A stretch of DNA of 64,000 bases from Octopus vulgaris. Lineage: Eukaryota. This document shows positions 27,857 through 40,451 of the stretch, one piece after another (position 1 is the stretch's first letter; each line of letters begins with the position of its first letter). The translations under genes were made by a program, and so were the position numbers. The stretch covers positions 64,666,001-64,730,000 of the forward strand of contig OX597819.1 of NCBI GenBank assembly GCA_951406725.2. The letters run 5' to 3'. The notes below the pieces were generated by a model. That model was not told where the DNA came from and did not search any database. It saw only the letters and a program-made list of their open reading frames with translations.

Positions 27857-29500
27857 GTGTCGATGGAGAAGTGCATGGAGATGATCAACGAGAGCGAGGT
27901 GGAGTTCCGCAATGTCAAAACAGAGGAACTGGGCTTCCTACTTAGGCTGACAGATGACAACGAATACCTAGATAAACATGATCTTAGTAGTTTCTGCCCC
28001 AGTAAACGTTTAAGAGGTAGACCACCAACTATTACTTATATGGCTAGGAAGACCCGACCCATATAGAGAGATGGAGCGGATGGACCAGAGCCATACGGAC
28101 CCCTGCAAATGTCCATCAGGTAAAGAAAATGATCGCACATGCACTAGCAGCTAGTATAATAGTTACCCTAAAAAGGCACACGGTTAAGTTTAACAACAAA
28201 ATATATGACCGGGACGAGGGGGAAGCCATCGGCGTCAGTATCGCTGGTGATGTGGCCAACCTTTTCATAGTATGGTGGGACAGAAGGCTTAAGGAACGCC
28301 TCACACAGAACTCCATACTCTTGAACATATACTCTCGCTATGTTGATGATTTCAACATAGTGGTAAAGGTACCCCCACAAGAGAGTACTCTCGAAATAGA
28401 AATAGAAACTAATAATATGAAGAGAATCCAACAAATAGCTAACTCCATCCACCAGAGTATTAAGGTCACGATAGACTACCTCACTAAACATCCTAACCAT
28501 AGACTACCAGTACTAGACACAGAACTCTGGCTGGAAACAGAATAATAAAACCCGAATCCTTCATTCGTACTATGCCAAACCTATGGCCTCCAAATACTTG
28601 ATCCATCGGAACTCAGCTATCGCGGACAATGCCAAATTCAATATTTTGATGGCGGACCTCGTCAGAATAATATGAAATGTGCCTCCATGTGTGAGCCTAC
28701 AGAGTTGAAGAGAAACATGCAACATTTCGTTCACCGCATACAGTTCTCAGGTTACAGCCATAAAGAAGGGATCAGAGTATACAAAGGAGCCATGAAAGAA
28801 ATTTGATACTAGTTTATGTAATGATAGGAATGGGATTTGCCCACTCTATAGGAGCAAGTCATGGAACACTATTGAAAGGACTAAGAAGAAAATAGGAAAG
28901 GCCAATTCTTGGCATGATATCCACAAATACCTGAGTGTCATGTTCGTCGACACCACCCCTAGAGGCGAACTGGCGTACCGCTTTAGAAGGGCCCTAGAGA
29001 AACTTAAGCCAAGGATTAAGGTTGATGAAAGACCAGGCAACCCTATCAAATCCCTAATCGGTAGAATCCCCTGTACGGATAGGAACTGTAGCGTGTGTAG
29101 ATTTAGCCCACAAACAAACTGTAAAGCCAGAAATGTAGTCTATAGTATAAGATGTATAGGGGGGCTATGCAGTAACAAGACAACGATATGCGTAGGGGAA
29201 ACGGCACGGAGCATAGGAGAGCGGGTACATGACCATTGGAGAGAACTTAAGGAAGGATAAGAGCTCATCGGTTCTGGACCAACACGCCGAGAAGGAACAC
29301 GGGGACTCACTTAACAACATCGAAGTTAAAATCTTGTCCACACAGAACAGACGCAACAATCAGACAAATTACGGAAGCTACACACATAATAGAAGATAAA
29401 CCTAGCCTGAATAAGAAACTGGAATGGAACACTAGCACACACCCCCAACACACCACAGCATATGACAGAAGAAGATCCCCATAAACTGGTAACAATATAA
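27857..29500 (+). mobile_element. Penelope-like element (RT plus GIY-YIG endonuclease), degenerate; Naiad-like signature
   Basis: GEAIGVSIAGDVANLF, YSRYVDDF, LPVLD, YAKPMAS, FSGY, MFVDTTPRGELA, ERPG, C..C..C linker, NVVYSIRC..C..CVGETARSIGERVHDH, EATHI..KPSLNKKLEW; several stops and frameshifts. Confidence 0.88.
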
Positions 29501-29624
29501 ACAAAACTAAAAACATAAAATAAAATACACAGATAAATAAACAAATGGAAGTAACTACATACATTAACACAAAAATTAACTAAATACAACCAAACTAATA
29601 ATAGTAATAATAATAATGATGATG

Positions 29625-29697
<73 letters not shown>

Positions 29698-29768
29698 CAA
29701 TAATAATAATAATAATAATGATAATAATAATAATAATAATAATAATGATGATGATGATGATGATGATG

Positions 29769-29832
<64 letters not shown>

Positions 29833-30276
29833 GTAGGTGTAAACACATGAACAAAATAAAATTAGACAAAAACAAATTACACGAACGTGTATAAACGGGA
29901 GATACAAATATTATAGACACTTCCCCACCCACATACTAACTTAACATAGACACACATAGAGGAATACACATGCGCAAATGAAGGCACATATAATAGGAAT
30001 GCAAAATACAAAGTGGCTGAGCGTTAGTAAGGAGAGACACACAAATAAGAAAGAAGAAAGCAAAGGAACACTGACGAGGTCACAGAAGTGTGACGAAACA
30101 AGATTAAGATTTATGTAAAAAAATAAATAACGCTGAAGCAAATTAACACCAAATATACAGTGCGCGTGTTTTTATTGGCTAATCTGACAAAATGACCATT
30201 CCTAAATACAACAAAATCTGTTTCAACACGCGATTTCACATCAAGAATCATGCAAACAAATATATAAACGTATATT

Positions 30277-30317
<41 letters not shown>

Positions 30318-30958
30318 TTTATATATATTATTTATATAATTTAGCTTATGACAGACAATTGTTTCCGTTTTATTTTACTATTTTACTGAATGTGGTTCTG
30401 AATGAATGTGGTTCTAAGGAAAAATTAACGGAAAGAATTTAAAGGAAATGCACAACACCCAAGCAAAATAATATCAAAATTAAATCATATTAAACATTAT
30501 CAACGACAATATTTTGAGACATACTTCTAGTTGTGTCCCAGTGTTTTCTACGCTTTATTTAGAAAATATATCTAAATTCAAGCAACTAATCGTTTAGAGG
30601 AAAGTAAATGAAAACGTATTTTAAGACTTATCGATTTTATGACAGAATATAGGTAAAAAATGCAACACCGTTTATACGCAGAACAGATTGCCTGCGGTGT
30701 ATGGAAATAGGTCTAAGAATAAAGTGCTATATAAATATATATTTTATCTATAATTTCCAACAATGCAAATGGGCTTAGATATTAGTATATCCATGGCGAA
30801 GGTAGACAGAAGAAACAGGAAATGCAGACATATATATCGATATATATTGGGTATATATAAGAACATGTCAAATTCATGTACGTTTAGATATATCGATTCA
30901 TAAATGTATTTCATGTAGGCATTCACATATGCATAGACATAAGCTGTTTGAATGTTCG

Positions 30959-31027
<69 letters not shown>

Positions 31028-31052
31028 CTATCTATCTATCTATCTATCTATC

Positions 31053-31223
31053 TTTTTTCCTCTCCCCTTTTTTTAACCCCCTTTTTTGTCCTCTTTCTCT
31101 CCTTTTACGATCCCTTTTGATCGAAACTCCCCCTTCCTTTTTTTTTTTTAAACCTTCAAAAGAAAAGCTCTACCTTGTAATTTGTTCTATCTGTGTGCAT
31201 CCCTGTGTGGCTAATAAAGAAAC
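31053..31223 (+). mobile_element. Tx1/L1-type LINE 3' UTR fragment inserted in (ATCT)n
   Basis: Matches 47615-47745 (TTTTACGATCCCTTTTGATCGAAA..AAAGAAAAGCTCTACCTTGTAA..CCCTGTGTGGC.AATAA); ATCT repeats on both sides. Confidence 0.85.
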
Positions 31224-31298
31224 ATATCTATCTATCTATCTGTCTATGAATCTACCTATCTATCTCTCTATTTATCTATAAGCACATAGAAATATCCC

Positions 31299-31342
<44 letters not shown>

Positions 31343-31806
31343 GGGGGGGGGGGCGATTGTGTGTGTGAATGTGTGTGTGTATCTGCTCGCGTGTGTGTTT
31401 GTATAAATACATATAAATGCCCACTGAAGCTCGAATCCTTGCCCTAAACCCTATATAATAAGCATTTAAAACGAGCTATTTCTCTTAGTATCTCTGTATG
31501 TTTCTATTTACAGCAAAGGGCATTCTATTGCTGCTGCTGATGCTGTTATGTTTATCATTAATAGTAATTCTAAGTTTGATATTTTAGTGAAGACGGCAAG
31601 CCCAGTGGATGGGGTGCTGAAATTACAATCGCCATATCACAGTTTCCATTTTCGGACTTATGGATCCTCACACACAAGAGAATAATGTTCAGTGAATTTA
31701 GTTCTACTTGTATCATTAATCCTCGTCATATGTGTGTGTATCAGAAACTACCGTCATTTCTGGTACGGTATTTTGATTATATTATCTCGGGTGATCTTTA
31801 AAATGT

Positions 31807-32205
31807 AGCGAGATGCTAGAATGGTTAGCACATCGGGCACAATGCTTGGTGGCGTTTCGTCTCTTTTTACTTTCTGACTTCAAATCCTCCGATGTCGACT
31901 TTGCCATTCATCCTTTTGGAATCTATAAAATAGGGTTACTGCGGTCGATGTAATCAACTTACCGTAATCTGGGGTGTATAGGGACAATAACCGGGATAAA
32001 ATACGAACCGGGAAGAATACTTTAGAACAATAAATTTGAGGTGATTCAAATTGTGCTCGTTTGAGTCAATTTGAGTCATCTCAACTTTATTGTTCTAAAA
32101 TGTTTTCCCCGCTTATTGTCTCAATTCAGTCCTTAGTCCCTATTCACCCCGGATTACGGTACCCACCACTCCTGAAATTGCTGGCCTTATGCTAAAATTT
32201 GAAAG
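31807..32205 (+). mobile_element. SINE family B, interrupted by a MITE
   Basis: GTTAGCA..GGGC..AATGCTT..TTCTGACTTCAAAT..GTCGACTTTGCCATTCATCCTTT..GGTCGATGTAATC; related to 34558, 35170 and 53085. Confidence 0.75.
31962..32159. mobile_element. 198-bp palindromic MITE (Tc1/mariner-pogo type) with TA target duplication
   Basis: TA|CCGTAATCTGGGGTGTATAGGGAC ... GTCCCTATTCACCCCGGATTACGG|TA; an internal inverted repeat is also present. Confidence 0.88.
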
Positions 32206-33949
32206 CAATGTTGTCTGAGGTGTTTAGCTTGTTGGCGAAGAAATGTGTTAACGTCACTAAATATTCGACTACGGTGCATATTTGTTGAAAGATTTTTGTT
32301 TATGCTGCTGAATTGCCGCGGGGTTCATAGGGAGATTCCACGTCGTTATATATTTCCGATGGTATGTCTCATTAAAAAGAAAAAAAATATGGCTCATTTT
32401 CTGCTGCGAAGTATTCGGGGAATCGATCTCCACGATAATTGGTACAAAATAAGAGGACCAGAATTTCGATATTTCGTTTATTTATTTTTGTTTGTAGGAT
32501 ACTGGAAGTTGATGATTTGTTTTTCTTCTCAATATCTAAGGAAGGGTTGCTGAATTGTAAACAAACAAGCAACTTGGAATATAATTAATATTCACACTGT
32601 GCATTTGACTACGAGAACAATACCTTGACAATCTTCTAAAGATCCATTTCAATGAAGAGCAGTCTGTGATAAATTTACAGTTATTCTCTATAGTAAGTGT
32701 GGTATTTAATGAATTATTGAAGCCGCAAGCGATAATTTTTGAGAAATAATCTCTCTTATTGATGTGCTAATCTTCGTGACAGCTAATTCCGTTTCAATCA
32801 TCTCTACAAATTTCTCTTCCTAATGTTTGATGTTTTGCTCTTATACACACCTTTATTCAGAAATGTTAGACTTCTTCCTCACGGCATAATATTCAATATT
32901 CCAATGTTTGAATTAACTGTATTACATTTTCCCACTGAAGAATATTAGTAGCTTCCTTGGGTTGATTATGACATTGGCAATTGTTGTTCAATTCTTTCAT
33001 TTACATGACGTTTGTCTTCCAAACATAATCTACTCTATCATCACCGACCTCCCCCATCCTCTCCTCCCCTCCTCTTTTTTTCTCCTTCTCCAGCCTTTGA
33101 CATTGTTTCATTAGATACCTTCCAAGTCTCACACCATGATCTCTAGTAATAACATTTTGGACGTTTTACTCTAGAATTTAGCTATGATTACCATGAGACG
33201 ATTCTCTTATGTTTCAAACGCTTGAGATTTTAAAGGAATTTAAGACAACTAGATGTTGCTGTTCTTATTATTATTGTTGTCGCTATTTTAGCAGAGAGTA
33301 TGGTTTTCTTACATAATTCAAAATTCTCAATTTATTGCACAGTATAATTCTGAGATCCCTCACCCCAATTTCTATATTTCTCTTCATGCAACCTATTCTA
33401 CAAAGCAAAACAACTACGTCACACATACAATGGACAAATCATTAAGTAGACACTATCAAGAACACACAACCAAGGAAATGATAATTCGTCAATAAATGTA
33501 CAGAATATTGGACAACAAGTTTGGATCAACAATTCAAAAGTTGACATACCTATACAAACCAAGTGCAAATATGGCGTATTTAATCAGAGTTTAGATTCTG
33601 CAAACTTTTCTCATAACAAATGATCATATAACTAGGCAACACTTTGTCGAAAGGAAAAATTCTGTGAGGCATTTTCCATACAAGATATGTACCAGTCCAC
33701 AGAAATAACCAAAATCAAGCGCGGTGAAGTAAACCTCGCCGTACTTAGATATTGTTGCGGAGTTTTGTTTTGCATTCATAAAAGTGCTAGAGGAAGATAA
33801 CTCTGCCCAACATTTAATAGTTATCTCCTTCTTTTGCTGGAGATAACGATTGAGAAAGCTAATGCGTACGTGATCTAGGGACTGATATGAGCAAATAAAG
33901 CTTCGTCACCTGGTTGGTTGAATTGTGCGAACAAATGGTCAAATTGATT

Positions 33950-34460
33950 CCAAGAACTTCCAGAAAAAAGGGTAAGAAAATGCTAGTTCTATGGAGGATA
34001 TTTATAATCAGATACCTGAACTACTGCTCTCAGCTGTGATCACTCAAGATCTGCGTTACTGGGAGAGACTGAAAGAGCTATGACTCTTCTCCGTAGAGGG
34101 AATACAGGGATACTATACACGGATGTACGTATGGAAGTTCCTGGTGGGTGTAGCCCCAAAATTTGACATTGAGAGCTATACCAGCTCCCGAATTGGACGT
34201 CACTACACTGTTTAAAATGTTCCAGATATCACGTATAGAGTGAGGACCACGTACTCTAATAACATGGGAATCAAAGGCCCACGGCATTTTACAACTTGTC
34301 AAAATATCTGATGAGTCTGCATGGAGTAGGGAATACATGTTTTCAAGAAACAACTTCACCCTCATTGTCAAATGTCCCAAATCAACCTACAAGACATCAG
34401 GTAACACAAAAGAGAGCAGCAATATCAAACTGCATGCTGCGCCAAAAACCAACTGCATTG
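33950..34460 (+). pseudogene. Decayed 3' end of a CR1/L2-group LINE ORF2
   Basis: DLRYWERLKEL*LFSVE, VWKFLVGVAP, MGIKGPR, FKKQL, NVPNQP motifs across frameshifts. Confidence 0.7.
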
Positions 34461-34557
34461 CAATGGCTATGGAAAATGTAATTACATATGCAGTGATGCA
34501 GCATGGCCACAGCCCTAGGGTTGAAACGCAAAGAAGTACAAATGTATTTAGAACAAA

Positions 34558-34730
34558 ATAAAATTTAGCGGTATTCTCACTGGCTTTATGTTCTGAGTTC
34601 GAGTGGCAGGAGGTCAACTTTGCTCCATATCCTTTCAGAGTGATTGAAATGTGTGCCAGGCATACACGGGTTTATGTTATCGACGAATCCCCACTCCCAA
34701 AAGATTGACTTGAGCCTAAAACACAAAGGG
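34558..34730 (+). mobile_element. SINE family B, diverged
   Basis: TTAGCGGTATT..TGTTCTGAGTTCGAG..GAGGTCAACTTTGCT. Confidence 0.6.
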
Positions 34731-35089
34731 CGTTTTTGCTATTATTATTTTTTGAGCATTTTTTTTTTATTGTACTTTTCTTTTTAGTTTCTTCGTTTAC
34801 TTCTTTGCAACCAACTGCTGCTGCGACTAATACAACTACAACAACAACAACAACAACTACTACTACTACTACTACTAATACTACTACTACTAATACTACT
34901 ACTACTACCAATACCACCAGCACCACCACCACTACTACTACTAAATTGTTCTCAAACGTGATAATTACTTTTGGTCGATTCCAAATGTAATAAATTAGAG
35001 CAATCATTATGATAATCAACATTATTATCAAAATTATCAGCCGCGATAGCAGCAGGAACAGCGATAGTAGCAGCAGCAGTAGCAGCGGC

Positions 35090-35133
<44 letters not shown>

Positions 35134-35169
35134 CAGCAGCAGCAGCTACTGACGTTTTCTTTGTACTAA

Positions 35170-35345
35170 TAAGCTGGCAGAACCGTTAGGCAAAATACTT
35201 AGGCTTTCTGAGTTCAGATCTCACCAAGGTCGATTTGCCTTTCGTCAATTTGGACTCGATAAATCAAATACCAGTGAAACACTGGGGTCGATACAATCGA
35301 CTTGTCCGCTCCTACAAAATTTCGGACCTTCTGCCTACAGCAGGA
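35170..35345 (+). mobile_element. SINE family B
   Basis: AGCTGGCAGAACCGTTAG..TCTGAGTTCAGAT..AGGTCGATTTGCCTTTC..TACCAGTGAAACACTGGGGTCGAT. Confidence 0.7.
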
Positions 35346-35364
35346 AGCATTGATTCTCTTATTG

Positions 35365-35447
35365 CAAAACCCTTTGTAACCTTTCGTCCTGTCTTGTCCC
35401 TTTATGTAATCATGCGTGTCAGCCCTTGTGGCCAATAAAAAAGAATT
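35365..35447 (+). mobile_element. Short Tx1-like 3' end variant followed by (ATT)n
   Basis: TTGTAACC..TTGTCCC..CAGCCCTTGTGGCCAATAAA resembles 47693-47737. Confidence 0.5.
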
Positions 35448-35469
35448 GATTATTATTATTATTATTATT

Positions 35470-35640
35470 ATTTCTCTTTACCGAAGGGTTTGTTTTTCTC
35501 CTACAGTCTTGCCTGCTTTGCGGGCTTACTACCTGCAGCCTACGATACCATGCTATTCGTTCTTTTCCGCTATCTAATACTTTCCTTATTATTCTGACCG
35601 TGCCAAGGAGGCAATGCATTTTTAACAGTTCTACTGAGCA
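35470..35640 (-). mobile_element. R4/Dong-like extreme 3' end (third subfamily) tailed by (AAT)n
   Basis: LLKMHCLLGTVRIIRKVLD then a short UTR and AAT repeats. Confidence 0.7.
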
Positions 35641-35918
35641 CTCTATTCACTGTCTTCATTTTCCATTGCCGGGCTATATCCTACATAAGAGTGTTGTACC
35701 TATTCATCTATTTCTCTATATAAGAATTTATCAAGTAGTCAGCGTGATAAACCTGATAAGGGAAAATTTATAATTATTCCCTTTAAATATGTTTATTTAT
35801 ATTAAGGGCATTACTACACTTAAATGCCCCACGATGATAGTTTTGATAGTTTTGACTTTAAGAGTCCCTCTTAGCGTGACGCATTCAAGTGTAGAAATGC
35901 GCTTAATATGAATACAAG

Positions 35919-35989
<71 letters not shown>

Positions 35990-36178
35990 TGTCTATTGCT
36001 GGGTCAAGGGGGCATGCAACATCAACTATATAGCATATGTGGTACATCTTGTCCATCACTACAATGTCCGGTTTGTTAGACTCTAGCACCTGACCTGTTT
36101 CGATTATTCTTATTCGTATTATTCGATTATTATTATTTCGCTTTTCTTCTTCTTCTTCTTCTTCTTCTATTTATTATT

Positions 36179-36215
<37 letters not shown>

Positions 36216-37079
36216 ATGATCGTATTTATTTATTCTCTGTACGATTATTTCTACTTTCACATTTTGTGTTTTCATTTACATCCTTTAATCGTTTCCTTTC
36301 GTTATTCGGTTACAAACCTGCACACGCACAGAAGCGTATGCACATACACACGCGTATCTGTACTAGTGATTGACTAATTTTGTGAGAACGGTTTTGATTA
36401 CAGGAATGCATCATTTGAGATACAGCATCGTTCCTAAACACCAAGAAGATAGCATCAGAATTAAACCATAATTATAAAGACATCAATTGAAATAAAACAC
36501 GCCGTTTCCCTTCTGAGGAAAACTTTCAACAGCTTATATACGCTTCAGCTATGATAGCTACAGCTCCATTTTAAGTGCTTTGGGAGCAATAACCAATAAC
36601 ATTAACTAATTAACAAACCATTTTTCCTTTTTCTATCATACATCAGCGAGTTTAATGTTCCTTCGACAAATACAACAAAAGTAATATGAAAAAAAAAAGA
36701 AAAGAAATTACAAAAAATAGTCATTTGTGTATTTAATCACATATTTGGTTGTTTTTACGTTGGGCGGTGACTGGTTGGTATTTGTATTTTGTTTTTTTAA
36801 TTTTCTTTGAAATTTTCATCATCGTTCCAATCGTCATCATAACAGTAAGGAAAATAACGAACGTAACAAAATTGATGATGAAGGTGACGTAGACGAGCAG
36901 GCTGGTAACGATGACGATATTAATAGTGATGATGATGACGATCAAAATCGTTAGTTCAAATCGACGATGGAAACGGTGCGATGGTTGATGATGTGAATGA
37001 CATAGTGGCGATATCAATGTCGATGATGACAACGGATAGACGACGAAAATCGACACAACGACGCCTATTGTTATTATTA

Positions 37080-37383
<304 letters not shown>

Positions 37384-37542
37384 TTATTATTGGAGGAAAT
37401 ACATAGCTGAGCTCGACTGGGCCTTTCATTATTTCGAGGTCCATAAAATAAGTACCAGTTGAACACTGGAGTCAATGTAATAGACTCATCCCATCCTCCA
37501 AAGTGGCTGCTCTTGTGCAAAAATTTGAAACCAGTATTATTA

Positions 37543-37610
<68 letters not shown>

Positions 37611-39190
37611 GCACCCAGTCTTGGATGTTTCCCGACTCAGAAACGACAAAGATTTTTGTTTCCAAATCGATGAGACTTCTAAGAGGATACAGCACTCTAA
37701 ATCAAAACAACTGCTTTATATTAATGTTGCACTATTAGCATATGCGTAGCTGCCTCTATTTTTTACATTAATCTAGGTCAAGCTCAGCCCTCACGATGCC
37801 CACCCCAGCACACTGAAATTACAACACAACTGAGAAGGCTAAATAATTACCATATTAAAAGATATTAAGAATCTTTTAACCAACATGTGTCATAACATCG
37901 CTGCAGTTGTTCGACTGGAATTAATTAAAGAAATGAAAAATAATAATCTGAAATGGCTGTTAATACTCGAGAAAATGTATGTGTCTTTCTACAAACCATA
38001 CAATTCCATATTTAAAACCGCACGTGCATCTGACATGTGCATGTTTTTCTATTCACGCTCTACTTTTGTACGTTGAGTTTCTTTATAATGTTTTATTACT
38101 TTCGGTGGAATGCTAATTCTAGTACCATTAACTGATTATTTGTTTTCCTTATTGGTGTTCCTAATTTACTGATGTTCATGTATAGTGCTGTAGAATTACA
38201 TGTAAATATATGCTAACGTACTTGAATGATAAATTTTCTCATTTGCTCCACTTGTAATTAATATTCAAACATTTTTCGACTTCAACATTTTTTAAATTAC
38301 ATCTTGTTATAATTCTCTGACCTCATTTTAAAAATTAATTCATCTCTATATACTTTTGTTATCATTTCCTTAAAACTTAGAGTGCATATTACCACTGATA
38401 CATTATATTGTTGGCTGTAGTCAACGCAAATATGAAGATGCAATGAAGAAATACATTTAGCCATTTTGCACAGTATGTTCTTAATTGTTGGCTATGTTTG
38501 TTTATTTCCCCTTTACTTTATGGTTGTGTGTATTACTAAGAAATCTGTATTATTTTAGATTGTGATGTTCAGAGTGATCACCAAGGAAAAATCGATGACT
38601 TACATTCTTAGAGGAAAAGTTGCCCTCCATTTACAAAATACAATAGCCATTAATATTCAATGGAACGTATAAAGAACGAATGTGTGAGCTATCACTTTGA
38701 ATCTCAGAGTTCAACATTCTTATAAAGATTTATCATCAGATAGCAGCTATCAGAGCTTATTAGCAAATAATTCGCTTGCTACTGTTTATTTTATATTATT
38801 TTACTTTTATTTTATCTAGTTTCAGCTCACGAGCTGTGGCCATGCTGGGGCACCGCCATGTCATGAACAAAAACTACAAACGGTTATTAGATTTATTATT
38901 TATGTATCGCTTAGGCTGAAGAGACATGATGATATCGAAGCACCGGGTGTTCAGCAGTACGCGTACACTAATGGGTCAGGTGTATTATAAGTGTACATCT
39001 CTACGATATTAGAAGTTCTTCTCCACTGGCGACATACATCAGTGATCAGCTTTGTCATATTCAAATCTGGCGGCGCGTATAAGAAAAATGAATATGTAAG
39101 CGTTTTTCTTTTATATATTCCCAAAACATGTCTCAAAATATCTATATCTATGTGTACGTGGTCATTTTAATATATCTTGTTCTCACATAC

Positions 39191-39249
<59 letters not shown>

Positions 39250-39283
39250 CATACATACATACATACATACATACATACATACA

Positions 39284-39336
<53 letters not shown>

Positions 39337-39339
<3 letters not shown>

Positions 39340-39716
39340 GCAGAACTGGGACAAGAAGGCAAGACGACCAGATAGCTAGGTGATACAAGAAAGGGACAAC
39401 AAAACACTCAGACAGCAAAGAAAGCAAGGACGGGTCATTCGAAGTTTTCTGTCCTCAGTTCAGTTCCAGCTTATCTATGCAATTTCGGCTGGTTATACTC
39501 GAGATTGTTCCAATATGGCCCCAAGGAAGAATTAAGCTAAAAGCACGAGATTCCTTGGAAGAAAGCATTGCAAAATATAATCTATCGACTGAGGATAGAA
39601 AACACCGAATGAGCCGTCCTTGTTTTCTTTGTATCGTCTCTCTGGATATTTTGTTGTCCCTTTTTTGTATCACCTAACTGTCTGGATGGTTTGCGTTCTT
39701 GTCCCATTTTTGTATT
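39337..39716. repeat. Foldback element with ~125-bp imperfect inverted arms
   Basis: GGGACAAGAA..TAGGTGATACAAGAAAGGGACAACAAAA..CAAGGACGG.TCATTCG vs CGAATGAGCCGTCCTTG..TTTTGTTGTCCCTTTTTTGTATCACCTA..TTCTTGTCCC. Confidence 0.8.
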
Positions 39717-39785
39717 TTTTTATTTATAAAATACAGCCGCGTACGTACACTTTCGACTCTTTCTTTCTTTCTCTCTCTCTCTCTC

Positions 39786-39834
<49 letters not shown>

Positions 39835-39876
39835 GAAAGAATGGAGTCGAACGAAGATTTTAACAAAATTCCTTTA

Positions 39877-39955
39877 CTCACGACACATGTTTCGAAGACG
39901 GCATACTTTTATTTCCGAAGGAATAAATGGTGCATTATGCCTTCTCATCGGGAAA
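39877..39955 (-). ncRNA. Degenerate minimal type I hammerhead-like motif
   Basis: Minus strand CCGAUGA-GAAGGCAUA...UAUGCCGUCUUC-GAAAC-AUGU-GUC; core U4C variant and weak stem I. Confidence 0.55.
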
Positions 39956-40451
39956 GATAAGGAGCCTCTTTCAGCCACAAGACGAACAAAAAAGTTTGAT
40001 GATTGCCTACATGGCGCCCACAGTGATAATGAGTTTTTAAAAATAATCCGTTATAAGCAATGACGTCAAAAATGGGTAGAAGGAGGAAGAATTAAAAACA
40101 GTTAGGGGACAATATGTATGCTGCATGTATGGGGATGTGCGGTTGTGTGCTTGTGTTAATGAGTGCGAGTGTTTATGTTTGTGTATGAGTGTGTGTACAT
40201 AACTGCATTTGTGTCTCTGTGTGTGTATGTGTGATTGTGTGTGTGGGGGAGACAAATGTCAAATATGCTTAGTAGTAAGGTGACAGGTTTGTGTCTGTGT
40301 GTTTGATTGTGTGTATAATAGAGAGAGAGAGAGAGGGAGAGAGAGAGAAAAAAGGGATAAACATACGTCAAAGATATTTAGTGGGAAAGAATTTGTCTAT
40401 AGCAGTGGTGTGAACGTGAAGCTAATTATTAAACTCCATTGGTTATCTATA

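Noticed and set aside
38912-38958. CTGAAGA-GACAT..ATATC-GAAG hammerhead candidate
   Set aside because: GAAA is mutated, stem II mismatched and stem I absent; at best a relic
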